Shown here piece after piece: positions 61,664-64,000 of a stretch of DNA of 64,000 nucleotides (the stretch's first letter is position 1; each line of letters opens with the position of its first letter). Both the position numbers and the translations under genes were made by a program. The notes under the pieces were generated by a model. It was not told where the DNA came from and ran no database searches. It saw only the letters and a program-made list of their open reading frames with translations. The stretch comes from Escherichia phage vB_EcoM_LNA2. The DNA is taken from sequence record MZ311865.1. The stretch is one strand, 5' to 3'.

Positions 61664-61671
61664 TATAAATA
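61664..61671 (+). promoter_or_regulatory. late promoter for uvsW
   Basis: Exact TATAAATA about 30 nt upstream of the uvsW ATG. Confidence 0.55.
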
Positions 61672-61700
61672 TAACTATATTTATTACATGGTAATTTGAC

Positions 61701-63215
61701 ATGACTGACATTAAAGTACATTTTTATGATTTTAGTCACGTGCGCATTGAATGCGACGAAAGTACGTTTTACGAACTTCGTGACTTTTTTAGCTTTGAAG
61801 CTGACGGGTATAAATTTAACCCAAAATATCGCTATGGGCAATGGGATGGTAGAATTCGACTTTTAGATTACAACCGTTTGTTACCATATGGACTTGTAGG
61901 ACAAATAAAAAAGTTCTGTAGCAATATGAGTTATTCTGTATGGATTGACCCTAAAATCTTTGAGACCGAAGACCTTACCAGAGAAGATTTTGACGCATGG
62001 CTTTCTAAACAAGAAATTTATTCGGGCAACACCAAAATCGAACCACATTGGTATCAAAAAGATGCAGTATATGAAGGACTAGTTAATCGTCGTCGAATTT
62101 TAAACCTTCCGACATCAGCAGGTAAATCACTAATCCAAGCACTTTTAGCTCGGTATTATTTAGAGAACTATGAAGGTAAAATTCTCATTATCGTCCCTAC
62201 AACAGCATTGACAACCCAGATGGCTAATGATTTTGTTGATTATCGCTTGTTTAGTCATTCGATGATTAAGAAAATTGGCGGTGGTGCTGATAAAGCGGAC
62301 AAATCTAAAAGTGATGCTCCAATTATTGTTGGCACATGGCAAACGGTAGTTAAGCAGCCTAAAGAATGGTTCTCTCAGTTCGGTATGATGATGAACGATG
62401 AATGCCACTTAGCAACAGGCAAAAGTATTTCTTCAATCATCTCAGGATTAAATAATTGCATGTTTAAATTCGGATTATCCGGCTCATTAAGAGACGGAAA
62501 AGCCAATGTAATGCAGTATGTAGGCATGTTCGGCGAAATCTTCCGTCCTGTTAGCACGTCTAAATTAATGGAAGACGGACAGGTAACCGAGCTTAAGATT
62601 AATAGTATTTTCCTTCGTTATCCGGACGAATTCGCCACCAAATTAAAAGGTAAAACATACCAAGAAGAAGTTAAAATTATTACCGGACTAAAACGACGTA
62701 CAAAGTGGATTGCTCAACTTTCAGTCAAATTGGCTAAGAAAGACGAGAACGCCTTTGTAATGTTTAAACACGTTACACACGGTAAAGAAATATTTGAAGC
62801 TATTAAAGAGCTTGGATACGAAAAAGTTTATTACGTATCAGGTGAAGTTGATACTGAAACACGTAACGCGCTTAAAGTCATGGCAGAAAATGGTAAAGGC
62901 ATTATTATTGTCGCATCATATGGAGTATTCTCTACTGGTATTTCAGTCAAGAATCTTCATCATGTTATTTTTGCCCATGGTGTTAAATCAAAAATTATCG
63001 TACTTCAAACCGTAGGTCGCGTGCTTCGTAAGCATGGTTCTAAAGCTGTTGCTACAGTTTGGGATCTCATCGATGACGCAGGTGTAAAACCTAAATCATT
63101 AAATACTAAAAAGAAGTATACTCATCTTAATTACTTGTTAAAACACGGTATTGATCGTATCCAACGTTACGCTGATGAGAAATTTAACTATGTAATGAAA
63201 ACAATTAATTTATAA
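61701..63215 (+). CDS. uvsW: UvsW SF2 DNA helicase
   Basis: Walker A LPTSAGKS and DEAH-type box MMNDECH; 504 aa; late promoter at 61664. Confidence 0.85.
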   Translation: MTDIKVHFYDFSHVRIECDESTFYELRDFFSFEADGYKFNPKYRYGQWDGRIRLLDYNRLLPYGLVGQIKKFCSNMSYSVWIDPKIFETEDLTREDFDAWLSKQEIYSGNTKIEPHWYQKDAVYEGLVNRRRILNLPTSAGKSLIQALLARYYLENYEGKILIIVPTTALTTQMANDFVDYRLFSHSMIKKIGGGADKADKSKSDAPIIVGTWQTVVKQPKEWFSQFGMMMNDECHLATGKSISSIISGLNNCMFKFGLSGSLRDGKANVMQYVGMFGEIFRPVSTSKLMEDGQVTELKINSIFLRYPDEFATKLKGKTYQEEVKIITGLKRRTKWIAQLSVKLAKKDENAFVMFKHVTHGKEIFEAIKELGYEKVYYVSGEVDTETRNALKVMAENGKGIIIVASYGVFSTGISVKNLHHVIFAHGVKSKIIVLQTVGRVLRKHGSKAVATVWDLIDDAGVKPKSLNTKKKYTHLNYLLKHGIDRIQRYADEKFNYVMKTINL

Positions 63216-63240
63216 GGGCTTCGGCCCTTAGGAGATAAAA

Positions 63241-63474
63241 ATGGTACTTGAATTTAAACAATTTTTATACGAAGCATCTATTGACGAATTCATGGGTAAA
63301 ATTGCTAGTTGTCATACCTTAGAAGGGCTTGAAGAATTGGAAGCTTATTATAAGAAACGTATAAAAGAAACGGAATTAAAAGATACAGATGATATTTCTG
63401 TCAGGGATGCCTTAGCAGGTAAGCGTGCCGAACTTGAAGGCGACGATGATGAGGATGAGGAAGAAGACTTCTAA
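63241..63474 (+). CDS. uvsW.1: UvsW.1-like small acidic protein
   Basis: 77 aa with acidic C-terminus; directly after uvsW. Confidence 0.6.
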   Translation: MVLEFKQFLYEASIDEFMGKIASCHTLEGLEELEAYYKKRIKETELKDTDDISVRDALAGKRAELEGDDDEDEEEDF

Positions 63475-63532
63475 TTAAAAAAAGGCCCGACCTTTTTGGA
63501 AGGGCCAAAAACCATAGGCAAAAAAAGGTAAC

Positions 63533-63700
63533 ACTATAGTAAAAGTTGGGTTTCGTTCAATTGCTCTTCTGAACTTTCTGAAACCGGCAATTGTTGGACA
63601 TAATTATAACAAGGACCAGGATGTGCCGGACCTTTGTCTGTTTCAACAACCAATGCAGAATCGATTGGAGTTTTACAGACAACACAAATCTTATCTGACA
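63533..63700 (-). CDS. small Cys-containing protein (55 aa)
   Basis: Hand translation MSDKICVVCKTPIDSALVVETDKGPAHPGPCYNYVQQLPVSESSEEQLNETQLLL; AGGAGG RBS; below the track size cutoff. Confidence 0.4.
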
Positions 63701-63733
63701 TGATTGCCTCCTAAGTTGAAATTACATATCTAT

Positions 63734-63958
63734 TTATACCATTCGCATGCACATATCGATACCCATATCTTTTGTATAAAAATACTCGTCGATGTACCCG
63801 GCAAACTTCCCTTTAATATAAAGGACGTCTTCGCCACAAGGGTGGTCCGCCAGAATACGAATATCCTGGCGACGCAGACGATACTTTTCCATTAAGAATT
63901 TAATTTCAGTTTCAAATTCTTCATCATTATTAAAGGCATCTTCAATTGAATAACGCAT
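63734..63958 (-). CDS. hypothetical protein (74 aa)
   Basis: ORF track; upstream of the small Cys protein on the same strand. Confidence 0.5.
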   Translation of the reverse strand: MRYSIEDAFNNDEEFETEIKFLMEKYRLRRQDIRILADHPCGEDVLYIKGKFAGYIDEYFYTKDMGIDMCMRMV

Positions 63959-64000
63959 TATTGCCCCGCTTCAAATTCTCGCATATCCTGGATATGTTTA

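Noticed and set aside
63961-64000. Possible 3' end of a minus-strand gene (uvsY-like) running off the window end
   Set aside because: Only 40 nt are available; no reliable frame or motif can be assessed.

Overview
This window is a contiguous segment of a T4-like (Tevenvirinae-type) myovirus genome, identified from protein translations that closely match well-known T4 proteins (gp23 major capsid, gp18 sheath, gp19 tube, gp20 portal, gp17 terminase, e lysozyme, denV, regB, tk, rI, rnlB, uvsW). Positions 1-27529 are minus-strand genes: a densely packed early/middle region (rI, tk, regB, a GrcA-like glycyl radical protein, five-plus internal-protein genes with capsid-targeting leaders, denV, e, nudE, a reduced two-tRNA cluster, ipI, 57B/57A, gene 1) followed by late genes 3, 2 and 4. 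Positions 27591-57863 are the plus-strand late morphogenesis module (53, 5, 5.1, 5.4, 6-12, wac, 13-24), then rnlB, hoc and inh on the minus strand and uvsW/uvsW.1 on the plus strand. Regulatory signals are readable directly: T4-type early promoters (GTTTAC -35, 17-18 bp, TATAAT-like -10) upstream of minus-strand genes, one MotA-box middle promoter upstream of the tRNAs, TATAAATA late promoters upstream of structural genes, and GC-rich hairpin terminators. No CRISPR array, integrase, transposase or recognisable homing endonuclease was found. The most interesting material is in the accessory early region: an operon pairing a nucleotidyltransferase-fold protein with a small multi-TM protein, a macro-domain-like protein, a 57B/Acb1-like 2H phosphodiesterase, an expanded internal-protein family, two small paralogous protein families defined by conserved C-termini, palindrome-embedded early promoters, and an antisense early gene inserted between genes 23 and 24. 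All functional assignments are from motif and pattern recognition by eye; no database search was run. Gene symbols are T4 names used as orthology hypotheses.
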